64,000 nt of DNA from Thermodesulfobacteriota bacterium (GTDB taxonomy: Bacteria > Desulfobacterota > Desulfobulbia > Desulfobulbales > SURF-16), in NCBI GenBank assembly GCA_040755455.1, contig JBFMAY010000022.1, positions 1 through 64,000 on the forward strand, read 5' to 3'. The position numbers were made by a program, and so were the translations under genes. The number at the start of each line of letters is the position of its first letter. Position 1 is the first letter of the stretch. This document shows positions 19,740 through 29,051 of the stretch, piece by piece. Under the pieces are notes generated by a model that did not search any database, was not told the DNA's origin, and worked only from the letters and a program-made list of their open reading frames with translations.

Positions 19740-20121
19740 GGAAAAAGAGTGTAACACAATTTTCCGCGGGACGGGAAGCGATTCATGGGCCACCGCCTGC
19801 AAAAAAATGATAAGCCAGGCGCCGCGCGCCTTTCCCGGGAGAAAAAACTTGACAAATGCAGTGGGAAAAAATCTAAATAAAATATGCTAATTGAAAGTTC
19901 GGGTGCGATTATTTCTTGCCAAACGCTGCGGAGTTGGGTAAAAAGTTCATGTGGTAATGTGAAATAAGTATTGTCAACGCTCGTAGTGCTCCTTTCCCGG
20001 GGGTGGGAATTTGCAAAAGTTCCCGCAGGAAACGGCACGGGGCGCTGGCGATATCAGGGGAAAGGGTTCCTTGGTGGAATCCTCGTGATTATTCATCTTA
20101 TTAGAGAAAAGGAGATTCAAG

Positions 20122-21549
20122 ATGAAAAAAATTATTTCAACAGTTGCGGCCCTCGGCCTGGTGGTCGGCGTGGCCGGTACTGCATCCGCTCTGGAGTTCA
20201 CCATGAGCGGCGAGTATGTGCTCGAAGGCTACATGCTGAACAACGCGGACGGCATGGATAAAAGCATTGCGACTGGAAACAATGACGGCGGTTTCGACCC
20301 CTATAATGACGATGCCGGCACCGACTCGGGCTGGGTGCATACCTTCCGCATCAAACCGCAGATGAAGGTCAACGACAAGATCACCGTGGTTTCCGAGCTC
20401 CGCTTTTTCAAGGACGCCGACTGGGGTACCGGCAACAACCTGGGCGGCTCCACCGGCCTGAGCAATGATGACAGCGACCACGATCTCGACATTTACCACC
20501 TGTACATGGATTACATGTCACCGGTCGGTAAGGTCCGCGTCGGCCGTGTGCCCACCGGTTCCTGGGGCGGCGACTTCCTGAGCACCGCCAGCACCGGCAA
20601 CCGGTTCATGTGGTTCCCGAGCTTTGTGGCCCAGCCCTTCACCCTCACTATCTTTACCCAGAAAACCCAGGAAAATGACTGGTACGGCTCTGAAGATGAC
20701 GCCGATAATGACCTTTACGAGGTTGACCTGACTTACAAGACCGATGATCTGCTGCTCAAAGGCGCTTATGATTATTTCAATTATAAGAGCGCAAGCGACA
20801 CCGGCAACCCGTTCACTTCCTACGATCGGCAGAACAACATCCTGAAGGCTTATGGTGTGGCCAAAGTCGGCATGTTCAGTCTGGAGGCGGAGTGGGGCTG
20901 GCAGTTCGGCGACTGGTTTGATTATGACCGGGAAGTTGTCGGCGTGACAGAGGATACTGATGTTGACGCCATGGCCTTCATGCTTGACGCCAGCGCCAAA
21001 ATTGAAAAACTGAATGTCGGTCTGCTGTACTTCTGGGCCGAGGCCCAGGATGACGACATTCTGACCGATGCCGACGCTGACGTGACCGCAGCTATGAGCA
21101 CCATCAGCGATGGTATCGGCGATGACTTCAACCCCTTCTACATCCTGACCGGCGACCACACCGGCATGCTGAACAGCGACGAGTACAATGACGATCCGCT
21201 GATGGCTACCAGTGGTGTCAATGCTCTCGGTGCGCATGCCGATTATCAGGTTTCCGACAAGTTGACCCTGCACGGCGCCGTGGCTTATGCCTGGGCGGAT
21301 GATACTGATGTAGTTGAGTGGGGCGCGCAACAACTCGCTGGCAATCCCGCCTATGATGTGGATGAAGAGTACGGCTGGGAGGTAGATCTCGGCGCCAAGT
21401 ACAAACTGCTTGACAACCTCACCTATGAGGTGCGGGCCGCCTACTTCAACACCGGCGACTTCTTTGAAGATCTCACCCAGTCAGTGGATGCGACCAATGA
21501 TACTGACGATCTGTATCTGCTCAGCCACCACCTGACCATGACATTCTAA
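20122..21549 (+). CDS. Outer-membrane porin (beta-barrel)
   Basis: Sec signal peptide ending ASA, amphipathic aromatic-rich strands, acidic loops, C-terminal Phe (HHLTMTF); AGGAG RBS. Confidence 0.8.
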   Translation: MKKIISTVAALGLVVGVAGTASALEFTMSGEYVLEGYMLNNADGMDKSIATGNNDGGFDPYNDDAGTDSGWVHTFRIKPQMKVNDKITVVSELRFFKDADWGTGNNLGGSTGLSNDDSDHDLDIYHLYMDYMSPVGKVRVGRVPTGSWGGDFLSTASTGNRFMWFPSFVAQPFTLTIFTQKTQENDWYGSEDDADNDLYEVDLTYKTDDLLLKGAYDYFNYKSASDTGNPFTSYDRQNNILKAYGVAKVGMFSLEAEWGWQFGDWFDYDREVVGVTEDTDVDAMAFMLDASAKIEKLNVGLLYFWAEAQDDDILTDADADVTAAMSTISDGIGDDFNPFYILTGDHTGMLNSDEYNDDPLMATSGVNALGAHADYQVSDKLTLHGAVAYAWADDTDVVEWGAQQLAGNPAYDVDEEYGWEVDLGAKYKLLDNLTYEVRAAYFNTGDFFEDLTQSVDATNDTDDLYLLSHHLTMTF

Positions 21550-21576
21550 TTTTTTCTTTCATTAGAATGTGAGACG

Positions 21577-21608
21577 AAAAGCCCTGCCTCGCGCAGGGCT
21601 TTTTTTTT
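21577..21608 (+). terminator. Intrinsic terminator after the porin gene
   Basis: AAAAGCCCTGC-CTCGC-GCAGGGCTTTTTTTTT. Confidence 0.9.
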
Positions 21609-21637
21609 GTGGGAGGTATGTAAAAATTTATTTTTAT

Positions 21638-21715
21638 CGCAGAGCACACAGAGGCCACAGAGATCAAATTTATAATTAAAAATATTTTCTCTATGCTCTC
21701 TGTGTGCTCCGTGGT
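21638..21715. repeat. Inverted 9-mer tandem-array element (CACAGAG-type), no cargo gene
   Basis: Left CGCAGAGCA CACAGAGGC CACAGAGAT; AT-rich core; right CTCTATGCT CTCTGTGTG CTCCGTGGT. Confidence 0.75.
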
Positions 21716-21727
21716 TAATTTCCCGTT

Positions 21728-23206
21728 ATGCCAACACTGCAAGTTGAAGAAAAAAAGAAAATAACCGATATCGACCTGATCCTGGACATTCTGGCCGGGG
21801 AAGTCGCCTCCTACGCGGTGCCGGTGGTTGACCTGATCGCCGTGCAGAGCAATGACCCCTATCAAGTGCTGGTGGCCACCATCCTCTCCGCCCGCACCAA
21901 GGACGAGACCACGGCCGCGGCCGCGGCTCGGCTTTTCAAAAAGGCCCCTGACCTGCAGGGCCTGGCCGCCTTGAACGAAGAGGAGATCGCCCGGCTCATC
22001 TATCCGGTGGGCTTTTATCGCAGCAAAGCCGGGTATCTGGCCCGGCTGCCGGCGGCGGTGAGCAGCATGGGCGGCGCGATCCCCGATGACGTGGACCAAT
22101 TGCTGCAGCTGCCGGGCGTCGGCCGCAAGACCGCCAATCTGGTGGTGAGCGTGGCCTTTCACAAGCCGGCCATCTGCGTTGACACCCATGTGCATCGCAT
22201 CATGAATATCTGGGGGTACGTGCAGACGAAAACCCCGCTGGAAACGGAAATGGAGCTGCGCCGGAAACTGCCGCAGAAACACTGGCTGCATGTCAATTCC
22301 ATCCTGGTGGCCTTCGGCCAGGGCACCTGCCGGCCGGTGGCGCCTCATTGCGACCGCTGCGTCCTGCTGCCGTACTGCCCGCAGATCGGTGTCACGCCCC
22401 GGCGGGTGCCGGGCAGCCGGGGCGCCGCACCGGCGGAGCCGGCGGTCAAAAAACTGCTCTCCTGGAATGTCAACGGCCTGCGCGCCCTGGAAAAAAAGGG
22501 GTTTGCCGGGCTGGTAAAGGAGCTTGATCCGGACATCCTGGCCATCCAGGAAACCAAACTTCAGGAAACGCAATTAAGCGAAGAGCTGAAAAATATCGAG
22601 GGCTATCACTCCTTCTGGCATTGTGCCGCACGTCCCGGCTATTCCGGCGTGGCGGTGTACAGCCGCATGATGCCGCTCAATGTGCGCCAGGGCATGGGCG
22701 AGCCGGAATTTGACGCCGAAGGGCGGCTGCTCACCCTGGAATTCGCCGATTTTTTCCTGGTCAACTGTTATTTCCCCAATGCCGGCGAAGGATTGAAGCG
22801 GCTGGAGTTTAAGCTTTCCTTCAACCGGGCCCTGCTTGAATTTGTGCAGCAGCTGGCCGCGGAAAAATCAGTGGTGCTGTGCGGCGATTACAATGTGGCG
22901 CATCAGGAAATCGATCTGAAAAATCCGCGGAGCAACATGCAGAACGCCGGGTTTACCCCGGAGGAAAGAGCGTGGATGGATGCCTTTCTGGCCGCCGGTT
23001 TTGTCGATAGCTTCCGCATGTTCAACCAGGAGGGCGGCCATTATACCTGGTGGACATACCGTACCAATGCCCGGGCCAAGGATATCGGCTGGCGCATCGA
23101 CTATTTCTGCGTGGATCAAAAAAGCGCGGGCCGGGTGCGGGCCGCGGCCATTTTAAAGGATGTCATGGGTTCGGATCACTGCCCGGTGCAGCTTGACTTC
23201 GTGTAA
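21728..23206 (+). CDS. Fused endonuclease III (Nth, HhH-GPD, 4Fe-4S) and exodeoxyribonuclease III (Xth)
   Basis: N-half VLVATILSART, LPGVGRKTAN, VDTHVHRI, CRPVAPHCDRCVLLPYC; C-half SWNVNGLRA, QETK, GYSGVA, YFPN, GDYNVAH, GWRIDYF, SDHCP. One continuous ORF. Confidence 0.95.
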   Translation: MPTLQVEEKKKITDIDLILDILAGEVASYAVPVVDLIAVQSNDPYQVLVATILSARTKDETTAAAAARLFKKAPDLQGLAALNEEEIARLIYPVGFYRSKAGYLARLPAAVSSMGGAIPDDVDQLLQLPGVGRKTANLVVSVAFHKPAICVDTHVHRIMNIWGYVQTKTPLETEMELRRKLPQKHWLHVNSILVAFGQGTCRPVAPHCDRCVLLPYCPQIGVTPRRVPGSRGAAPAEPAVKKLLSWNVNGLRALEKKGFAGLVKELDPDILAIQETKLQETQLSEELKNIEGYHSFWHCAARPGYSGVAVYSRMMPLNVRQGMGEPEFDAEGRLLTLEFADFFLVNCYFPNAGEGLKRLEFKLSFNRALLEFVQQLAAEKSVVLCGDYNVAHQEIDLKNPRSNMQNAGFTPEERAWMDAFLAAGFVDSFRMFNQEGGHYTWWTYRTNARAKDIGWRIDYFCVDQKSAGRVRAAAILKDVMGSDHCPVQLDFV

Positions 23207-23304
23207 AGGGACTTGGAAATTTTGAAAATAGCGTTTATCAGTGTCGTCATGCCAGCATGTTTTTATATGAAAGTCCCTTGTCTGTTTTGCTGGGCAGGCA
23301 GACC

Positions 23305-23349
23305 GTAGGAGCGGGCCTTGCCCGCGATAGGGGTAGCCGCAATGCCTAC
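23305..23349. repeat. REP-like GTAG palindrome with a degenerate inverted partner
   Basis: GTAGGA-GCGGGC-CTT-GCCCGC-GA, then CCTAC at 23345-23349, between the convergent nth-xth and nfo genes. Confidence 0.65.
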
Positions 23350-23364
23350 ATTTTTCAAGATACC

Positions 23365-24216
23365 CTAAAGCGCGCAGGCCCGCAGCACCCGCAGATTCAC
23401 CTTGTCCTCGGCCAGGTCTTCCCCCTTGGGAGTCTCCAGTGTCATCGGATGTCCACTGAACCGCGCATCCGTCAGCAATTGCCGGAAACCATCCAGGCCG
23501 ATGGCGCCCCGGCCGATATGTTCATGGCGGTCAACCCGGCTGCCAAGTCCCTTTTTTGAATCGTTGACATGGAAAAACCGGAGGCGGTCAAGGCCGATGA
23601 GGCGGTCAAACTCCGCCATGGTCTGCCGGTAGGCGGCCGGGGTGCGGAAATCATAGCCGGCGGCAAAGAGATGGCAAGTGTCCAGGCAGACGCCCAGGCG
23701 GTGGCCGTGGCCGGAATTGTTGATGATAAAGGCGAGGTCCGCCGGATCGGCGCCCAGGGCGTTGCCCTGGCCGGCGGTGTTTTCCAGCAGCACCATGACC
23801 TGGCCGGCATCGACGGCCAGGTCAAAAGCGCGGTCCAGATGCTCCACCATGCGAGAGAGCCCCGCTGCAACCCCATCGCCGCCATGGGAGCCGGGATGCA
23901 TGATGACAAAGGGGATGGCCAGGGCCGCGCAACGCCTCAGCTCGTCCGCCAGGGCGATGACGGATTTGTCCCGTACCTCTTTTGCCGGGGAGGCCAGGTT
24001 GATGAGATAGGAATCATGCGCCGCCACCGGCCATGGCCCCCATTCCCGCCAGGCCGCGGCAAACAACGCCTGTTCCTCGGCGGAGACGGGGGCCGCCCGC
24101 CATTGCCGCTGATTGCGGGTAAAAATCTGCAGGGCCTGGCCGCCCACCTCGCGAATGCGGGCAAATGCCAGATGCAGTCCGCCAGCCACGGACATATGAG
24201 CGCCGAAAAGAGCCAT
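23365..24216 (-). CDS. nfo: Endonuclease IV (AP endonuclease family 2)
   Basis: GAHMSVAGG, HDSYLINLAS, MHPGS, LLENTAGQG, CLDTCH, HVNDSK, DRHEHIG, LETP. Start trimmed to MALFGAH. Confidence 0.96.
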   Translation of the reverse strand: MALFGAHMSVAGGLHLAFARIREVGGQALQIFTRNQRQWRAAPVSAEEQALFAAAWREWGPWPVAAHDSYLINLASPAKEVRDKSVIALADELRRCAALAIPFVIMHPGSHGGDGVAAGLSRMVEHLDRAFDLAVDAGQVMVLLENTAGQGNALGADPADLAFIINNSGHGHRLGVCLDTCHLFAAGYDFRTPAAYRQTMAEFDRLIGLDRLRFFHVNDSKKGLGSRVDRHEHIGRGAIGLDGFRQLLTDARFSGHPMTLETPKGEDLAEDKVNLRVLRACAL

Positions 24217-24224
24217 TTTTTTGA

Positions 24225-24360
24225 GAAGCCAGGAGCCAGGAGTCAGGAGCCGGGAGAATGAAGAATATCGTATCTTCAAAAAAACGTCATCCCTGCGGCC
24301 AGAAACAAATTTGGTAACCGCGTGCCGCCTTTTGACTCCTGAATTCTGACTCCTGGCTCC
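24225..24360. repeat. Inverted heptamer-array element, copy E (no cargo gene)
   Basis: Left GAAGCCA GGAGCCA GGAGTCA GGAGCCG; right TGACTCC TGAATTC TGACTCC TGGCTCC. Confidence 0.85.
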
Positions 24361-24402
24361 TTTCATTTGAATAGTCGCCTTTGACATGGTACATATTTCC
24401 CC

Positions 24403-25752
24403 ATGCCAATTTATCTACGCCAAAATATAGCCGGATTGCTCGCTGAAATCAACCGCGGAGCGATCAGCCCTGTTTACCTGATTTTCGGGGAACGCTACCT
24501 CTGCCGGGAGGTGGCGGATGATCTCGTCCGGCACCTGCTGCCGGAGGAGAAGGCGCGCCAGCAGGGACTCAAGCGCATCGACGGCGAGCAGGAAAATGTG
24601 GCGCAGACCATGAACCATCTGCAGACATACAGCCTTTTCGGCGGCCGCCAGGTGATCAGGGTCATGGATTCCCAGCTTTTTTATTCCAAGGCGGTTGCCA
24701 AAGGCTTCTGGGACAAGGCCAAAAAGGCGGCTGACGAGGCAAAGCCGGAAATGGCCGGCCGCTATCTGCTGAAAATGATCCAGGCCGGCGGCCTGGAAAG
24801 AGATGAATCCCTGGCGGAGCTCTCCGCCGCGCAATGGAAGAAACTGTTCGGTTTTGACAAGCCGGCGGATGTGACGTGGTGCGCGGATCTGCCGGTACCG
24901 ACCGGACAGGCCGGAGAAAAAGGTGCGGCCGCGGATGTGCTGGTGCAGCAGGTCCTGGAGAAGGGGATTCCCGCAAGCAATGTGCTGATACTGGTGGCAG
25001 AGGCGGTGGATAAACGCAAGAAGCTCTATAAGCTGATCGGTGATCTGGGCGCCATTATCGACCTGTCGGTGGACAGCGGCGCCACCTCCGCGGCGCAGAA
25101 GGGCCGGGACGCGGTGATCCGCGATCTGGTCAGCCGTACTTTTATCGAAATGGAAAAAAAACCGGGGCCGGGCGTGGTGGACATGCTCATCGACCGGGTG
25201 GGCTTCCATCCAGTGGCGGCGGTGCGGGAGACGGAGAAGGTGAGCCTCTCTGTCGGCGACGCCAAAGTCGTCAACCGGGCCGATGTCGAGACGATTGTCG
25301 GCCAGACACGGGAGGAGGCCATCTATGAATTAAATGATGCCGTCGCTGCCGGCAACCTGCCCCGTTCCCTGGCCATGGTATCCCGCCTGCATGACAGCGG
25401 CCTCCATCCCCTGGCCCTGGTGGCCGGCCTGCGCAATCTGCTGCGCAAGCTTCTCTTTTTCAGGTCGGTGCGGGAGCGGCAGGAGCCGCCTTTCAGCGAC
25501 AACCTCTCTTTTCCCGCCTTTCAGCAAGGCTATCTGCCGGAACTGAAAAAAACAAGCTGCGGCGCTTCGCCCTTTCTGGCCGGCCACCCCTTTGTGCTGT
25601 ATAAAAATTTCCAGCAGGCGGGAAATTTCAGTCTGCCGACCCTGCAGGAGGCCCTGCGCCAGCTGCTTGAAGCCGAGTTTCAGTTGAAAAGCAGCGGCCT
25701 GCCGCCGCGGCTGGTGCTGGAGAGGTTTCTTTTTGACTTTCTGAAAAAGTGA
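24403..25752 (+). CDS. holA: DNA polymerase III subunit delta (long form)
   Basis: PVYLIFGERYL, YSLFGGRQVI, VDKRKKLYK, ETEKV, EEAIYEL, QLKSSG..PRLVLE. Confidence 0.85.
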   Translation: MPIYLRQNIAGLLAEINRGAISPVYLIFGERYLCREVADDLVRHLLPEEKARQQGLKRIDGEQENVAQTMNHLQTYSLFGGRQVIRVMDSQLFYSKAVAKGFWDKAKKAADEAKPEMAGRYLLKMIQAGGLERDESLAELSAAQWKKLFGFDKPADVTWCADLPVPTGQAGEKGAAADVLVQQVLEKGIPASNVLILVAEAVDKRKKLYKLIGDLGAIIDLSVDSGATSAAQKGRDAVIRDLVSRTFIEMEKKPGPGVVDMLIDRVGFHPVAAVRETEKVSLSVGDAKVVNRADVETIVGQTREEAIYELNDAVAAGNLPRSLAMVSRLHDSGLHPLALVAGLRNLLRKLLFFRSVRERQEPPFSDNLSFPAFQQGYLPELKKTSCGASPFLAGHPFVLYKNFQQAGNFSLPTLQEALRQLLEAEFQLKSSGLPPRLVLERFLFDFLKK

Positions 25753-25798
25753 GAAGTGACGAAGAAATTGCAGATCTCGGATTGCGGATTTCAATCAC

Positions 25799-25854
25799 GC
25801 ATCACCCATGAGCCATGCGCCATCGTCCATGAGCCATCAGCTATCACCCATCCT
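25799..25854. repeat. Tandem heptamer array of a second family (CCATSAG)
   Basis: CGATCAC CCATGAG CCATGCG CCATCGT CCATGAG CCATCAG CTATCAC CCATCCT; reverse-complement units TGGCTGA TGGCCCG TGGCTCA at 14981-15001. Confidence 0.75.
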
Positions 25855-25920
25855 CCCCTTGCCAGCGCCCCCCCCAATGGTTACAATAAGAAAAAACAAC
25901 AGGAAAAATGAGGAATAAAC

Positions 25921-26235
25921 ATGGGTGTGCCGGATAAAAAGACGGAAGGGGGAGTGCTCACCGATGAAAAACAGCAGGTGATCGAGCCCCCGCTGTACAA
26001 GGTTCTTTTGCATAATGATGATTATACCACCATGGATTTTGTCGTCACGATCCTGGAAACCGTATTCCACAAAGACGCCGGCGAGGCCACCCGGATCATG
26101 TTGAATGTGCATCAGCAGGGAGTCGGCATTGCCGGCGTCTATACAAGAGAGATCGCCGATACCAAGATCCACATCGTCCATGATCTGGCCAGACGAAATG
26201 AGTTCCCGCTCCGATGCACCATGGAGCAGGCATAA
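25921..26235 (+). CDS. clpS: ATP-dependent Clp protease adaptor
   Basis: PPLYKVLLHNDDYTTMDFVV, IMLNVHQQG, FPLRCTME. Confidence 0.97.
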   Translation: MGVPDKKTEGGVLTDEKQQVIEPPLYKVLLHNDDYTTMDFVVTILETVFHKDAGEATRIMLNVHQQGVGIAGVYTREIADTKIHIVHDLARRNEFPLRCTMEQA

Positions 26236-26301
26236 GGTAACATCCTGCTGAATTTGTAACTATCCAGCATAATGCCGGAAAACTTAGAAAACTACGTTAC
26301 T

Positions 26302-26409
26302 GTAACTGTTCAGCAGTGCTCCAGATGTGGTCAAGCAGGCTTGCGAGGTATAGCTGATCTATCTGAGCAAGCCTGAGCGGACACAGATGGAGTGCTGCTG
26401 GATAGTTAC
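26302..26409. mobile_element. MITE/REP-like long hairpin, with an extra partial end at 26256-26269
   Basis: Ends GTAACTGTTCAGCAG and CTGCTGGATAGTTAC are inverted repeats; inner perfect stem CAGGCTTGC/GCAAGCCTG. Confidence 0.6.
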
Positions 26410-26556
26410 CTGGAATTTTTTGAACCGGTTCCCGCGGACTTTCCGGGAACCTTGCCGGTTTTCCTCCCGTCATAATGAGAGAGACGTTTCCGCGGCGGAC
26501 CGCGGGAACGGGATGACCCGGGCAATATAAGCAACGAATAACTTTCGGATAAAGAT

Positions 26557-28785
26557 ATGATTAATCAAAAGGTAGAAATGGCCCTGGTGATGGCAATCCG
26601 CGAAGCCAAAAAGCGCAGGCATGAGCATGTGACCGTGGAACATATCCTCTATGGGCTGCTCCATGATGAACTGGCGGTCAAAATCATCGAGGGCTGCGGC
26701 GGCAGCAGGGAAGCCCTGATCAAGGACCTTGAGTCCTTTTTTGTCTTAAATCTGCCGGTGCTGGATGAAGGGACGACGACCGATCCCGTGCAGACCATCG
26801 GATTCAACCGCGTTCTGCAGCGAGCCATTGCCCATGTGCAGAGCTGCGGCAAGGCGGAGGTTGATTCCGGCGATGTGGTGACGGCAATTTTTGCCGAACC
26901 GGAATCATTTGCCGTTTATTTTCTGGAAAAAGAAGGGGTTACCAGATTCGAGGTGGTGCAGTACATCTCGCATAAACTGCCTTCCGCCCCAATCGCCCTG
27001 CCTCGGGAAGGGCAGAAAAAACCGGAGGAAAAGCAGAAAACGGCGTTGGAAAAATTCACCGTCAGCTTCTCCAGGCGGGCCGCGGACGGACTCATTGACC
27101 CGCTGATCGGCCGCGATCGCGAACTGACCAGGATGATGCAGATTCTCTGCCGCCGGCGCAAGAACAATCCGCTGCTGGTGGGGGAGCCGGGCGTCGGCAA
27201 AACCGCCATTGCCGAGGGACTGGCGCTGCGTATTCATGACGGCGCGGTTCCGGATCTGCTCAGTGATGCGGCGATCCATCTGCTTGATATGGGCGCCCTG
27301 CTCTCGGGCACCAAATACCGGGGTGATTTCGAGGAACGGCTGAAGGCCATTATTTCCGAGGTGGAAAAGCAACCCAACATCATTCTGCTTATCGACGAGA
27401 TCCACACCATCGTCGGCGCCGGCGCCACCAGCGGCGGCAGCATGGATGCCTCCAATCTGCTGAAACCGGCCCTGCAGTCCGGAACCCTGCGCTGCATCGG
27501 CTCCACCACCTACGAAGAGTACAAGAACTATATTGAAAAGGACCGGGCACTGTCGCGGCGCTTTCAGAAGGTTGACATCGAAGAGCCGTCGGTGGAGGAG
27601 ACCTGTGAGATTCTCAAGGGGCTCAAATCGCGCTATGAGGAGCATCATGGCGTCAGGTTTACCGCTCCCGCCGTCAAGGCAGCGGCGGAGCTGGCGGCCC
27701 GCTACCTGAGCGACCGGTTTCTGCCGGACAAGGCCATTGATGTCCTCGACGAGGTGGGTGCGGCCATGCGTCTCGCCAAACCGGAGAAAAAAAGAAAAAA
27801 CGTCACCACCCATGACATCGAAACCGTAATTGCCAGAATGGCCAGGGTGCCGGCCAAGAATATTTCCGGTTCCGATATCCAGCAATTGCAAGGCCTGGCG
27901 CAGACATTGAAGGGCCGGATTTTCGGCCAGGACCACGCCCTGGACGTCATTGTCACCGCGGTCAAGCGGAGCAGGGCCGGGCTGAAGGAGCCGGAGCGGC
28001 CCACTGGCTCGTTCCTCTTTGCCGGTCCCACCGGGGTCGGCAAAACAGAGGTAGCCAAGCAGCTGGCGGCCGCTCTTGCCGTGCATTTTGAACGGTTTGA
28101 CATGAGCGAATATATGGAAAAGCACGCCGTGGCAAGATTGATCGGCGCTCCCCCCGGCTATGTGGGATTTGATCAGGGCGGTCTGCTCACCGACGCCATC
28201 AGAAAGCATCCGTACAGCGTGCTGCTGCTTGATGAGATCGAAAAGGCCCATCCGGACATCTTCAGCATTCTCCTGCAGGTGATGGACCATTCGACCCTCA
28301 CCGATAATGCGGGCCGCAAGGCGGATTTCAGGAATGTCATCCTGATTATGACCACCAATGCCGGGGCCAGGGAGCTGAGCGGGCAGTCCATCGGCTTTAT
28401 GACCGGCAAGAAAGGCGGCGGCCAGAAGGCCATTAAAGATCTGTTCTCACCGGAGTTCCGCAACCGCCTTGATGCCATCATTACCTTCAATGCCCTGGAG
28501 GTGCCGGTGATGGAGATGATCGTTGAGAAGATGATCAATGAACTGCAGGAGCGGCTGCAGGAGAAGAAGGTGCGCATCACCCTTACGGAAAAGGCCCGCA
28601 AATGGCTGGCAACGGCAGGCCATGACCCGGATTACGGGGCCCGGCCCCTGCGGCGGCTTATCATGACTGAAATCGGCGACCGGATCACCGAAGAGATCCT
28701 GTTTGGCCAGCTGTCCCGGGGAGGCGCTGTCCAGGTTGACCGGCCGGCCGAGAGCTTTGTTTTTACCTGCGAGCCTGATGGGTGA
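26557..28785 (+). CDS. clpA: ATP-dependent Clp protease ATP-binding subunit ClpA
   Basis: RRHEHVTVEH N-domain, GEPGVGKT, GPTGVGKT, RFDMSEYMEKH, IGF loop; no M-domain; follows clpS. Confidence 0.96.
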   Translation: MINQKVEMALVMAIREAKKRRHEHVTVEHILYGLLHDELAVKIIEGCGGSREALIKDLESFFVLNLPVLDEGTTTDPVQTIGFNRVLQRAIAHVQSCGKAEVDSGDVVTAIFAEPESFAVYFLEKEGVTRFEVVQYISHKLPSAPIALPREGQKKPEEKQKTALEKFTVSFSRRAADGLIDPLIGRDRELTRMMQILCRRRKNNPLLVGEPGVGKTAIAEGLALRIHDGAVPDLLSDAAIHLLDMGALLSGTKYRGDFEERLKAIISEVEKQPNIILLIDEIHTIVGAGATSGGSMDASNLLKPALQSGTLRCIGSTTYEEYKNYIEKDRALSRRFQKVDIEEPSVEETCEILKGLKSRYEEHHGVRFTAPAVKAAAELAARYLSDRFLPDKAIDVLDEVGAAMRLAKPEKKRKNVTTHDIETVIARMARVPAKNISGSDIQQLQGLAQTLKGRIFGQDHALDVIVTAVKRSRAGLKEPERPTGSFLFAGPTGVGKTEVAKQLAAALAVHFERFDMSEYMEKHAVARLIGAPPGYVGFDQGGLLTDAIRKHPYSVLLLDEIEKAHPDIFSILLQVMDHSTLTDNAGRKADFRNVILIMTTNAGARELSGQSIGFMTGKKGGGQKAIKDLFSPEFRNRLDAIITFNALEVPVMEMIVEKMINELQERLQEKKVRITLTEKARKWLATAGHDPDYGARPLRRLIMTEIGDRITEEILFGQLSRGGAVQVDRPAESFVFTCEPDG

Positions 28786-29051
28786 AAGAAAATAAAAAAA
28801 ATCAGGCCCGGAACTTTTGCAGTTTGTTTCAATCTGATATATAACACTATCCGCGGTTCCGCGGTTGTCAGTGTATATTGTCAACCAGGTTACAAGGAGC
28901 CGTTACGAGATAACCTTTGGAAATTACCTGTTGCGCCGCTCATCCTCAGCCATTCATACTCTGATCTGCAGAACGATGCAGCCCGCCAACTGTTACCGAA
29001 GAATTTTTTGTCACAATCACCCATCACTCATTTATGTAAAAAGGATTATCA

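Noticed and set aside
26302..26409. Integron attC site
   Set aside because: Has AAC...GTT ends but does not fit RYYYAAC/GTTRRRY; flanked by core genes and no integrase is present.
28786..29051. ncRNA or 87-aa ORF (28865-29128) downstream of clpA
   Set aside because: Some hairpin potential around CCGCGG-TT-CCGCGG but no recognisable RNA family; the ORF overlaps the next gene and has no motif.
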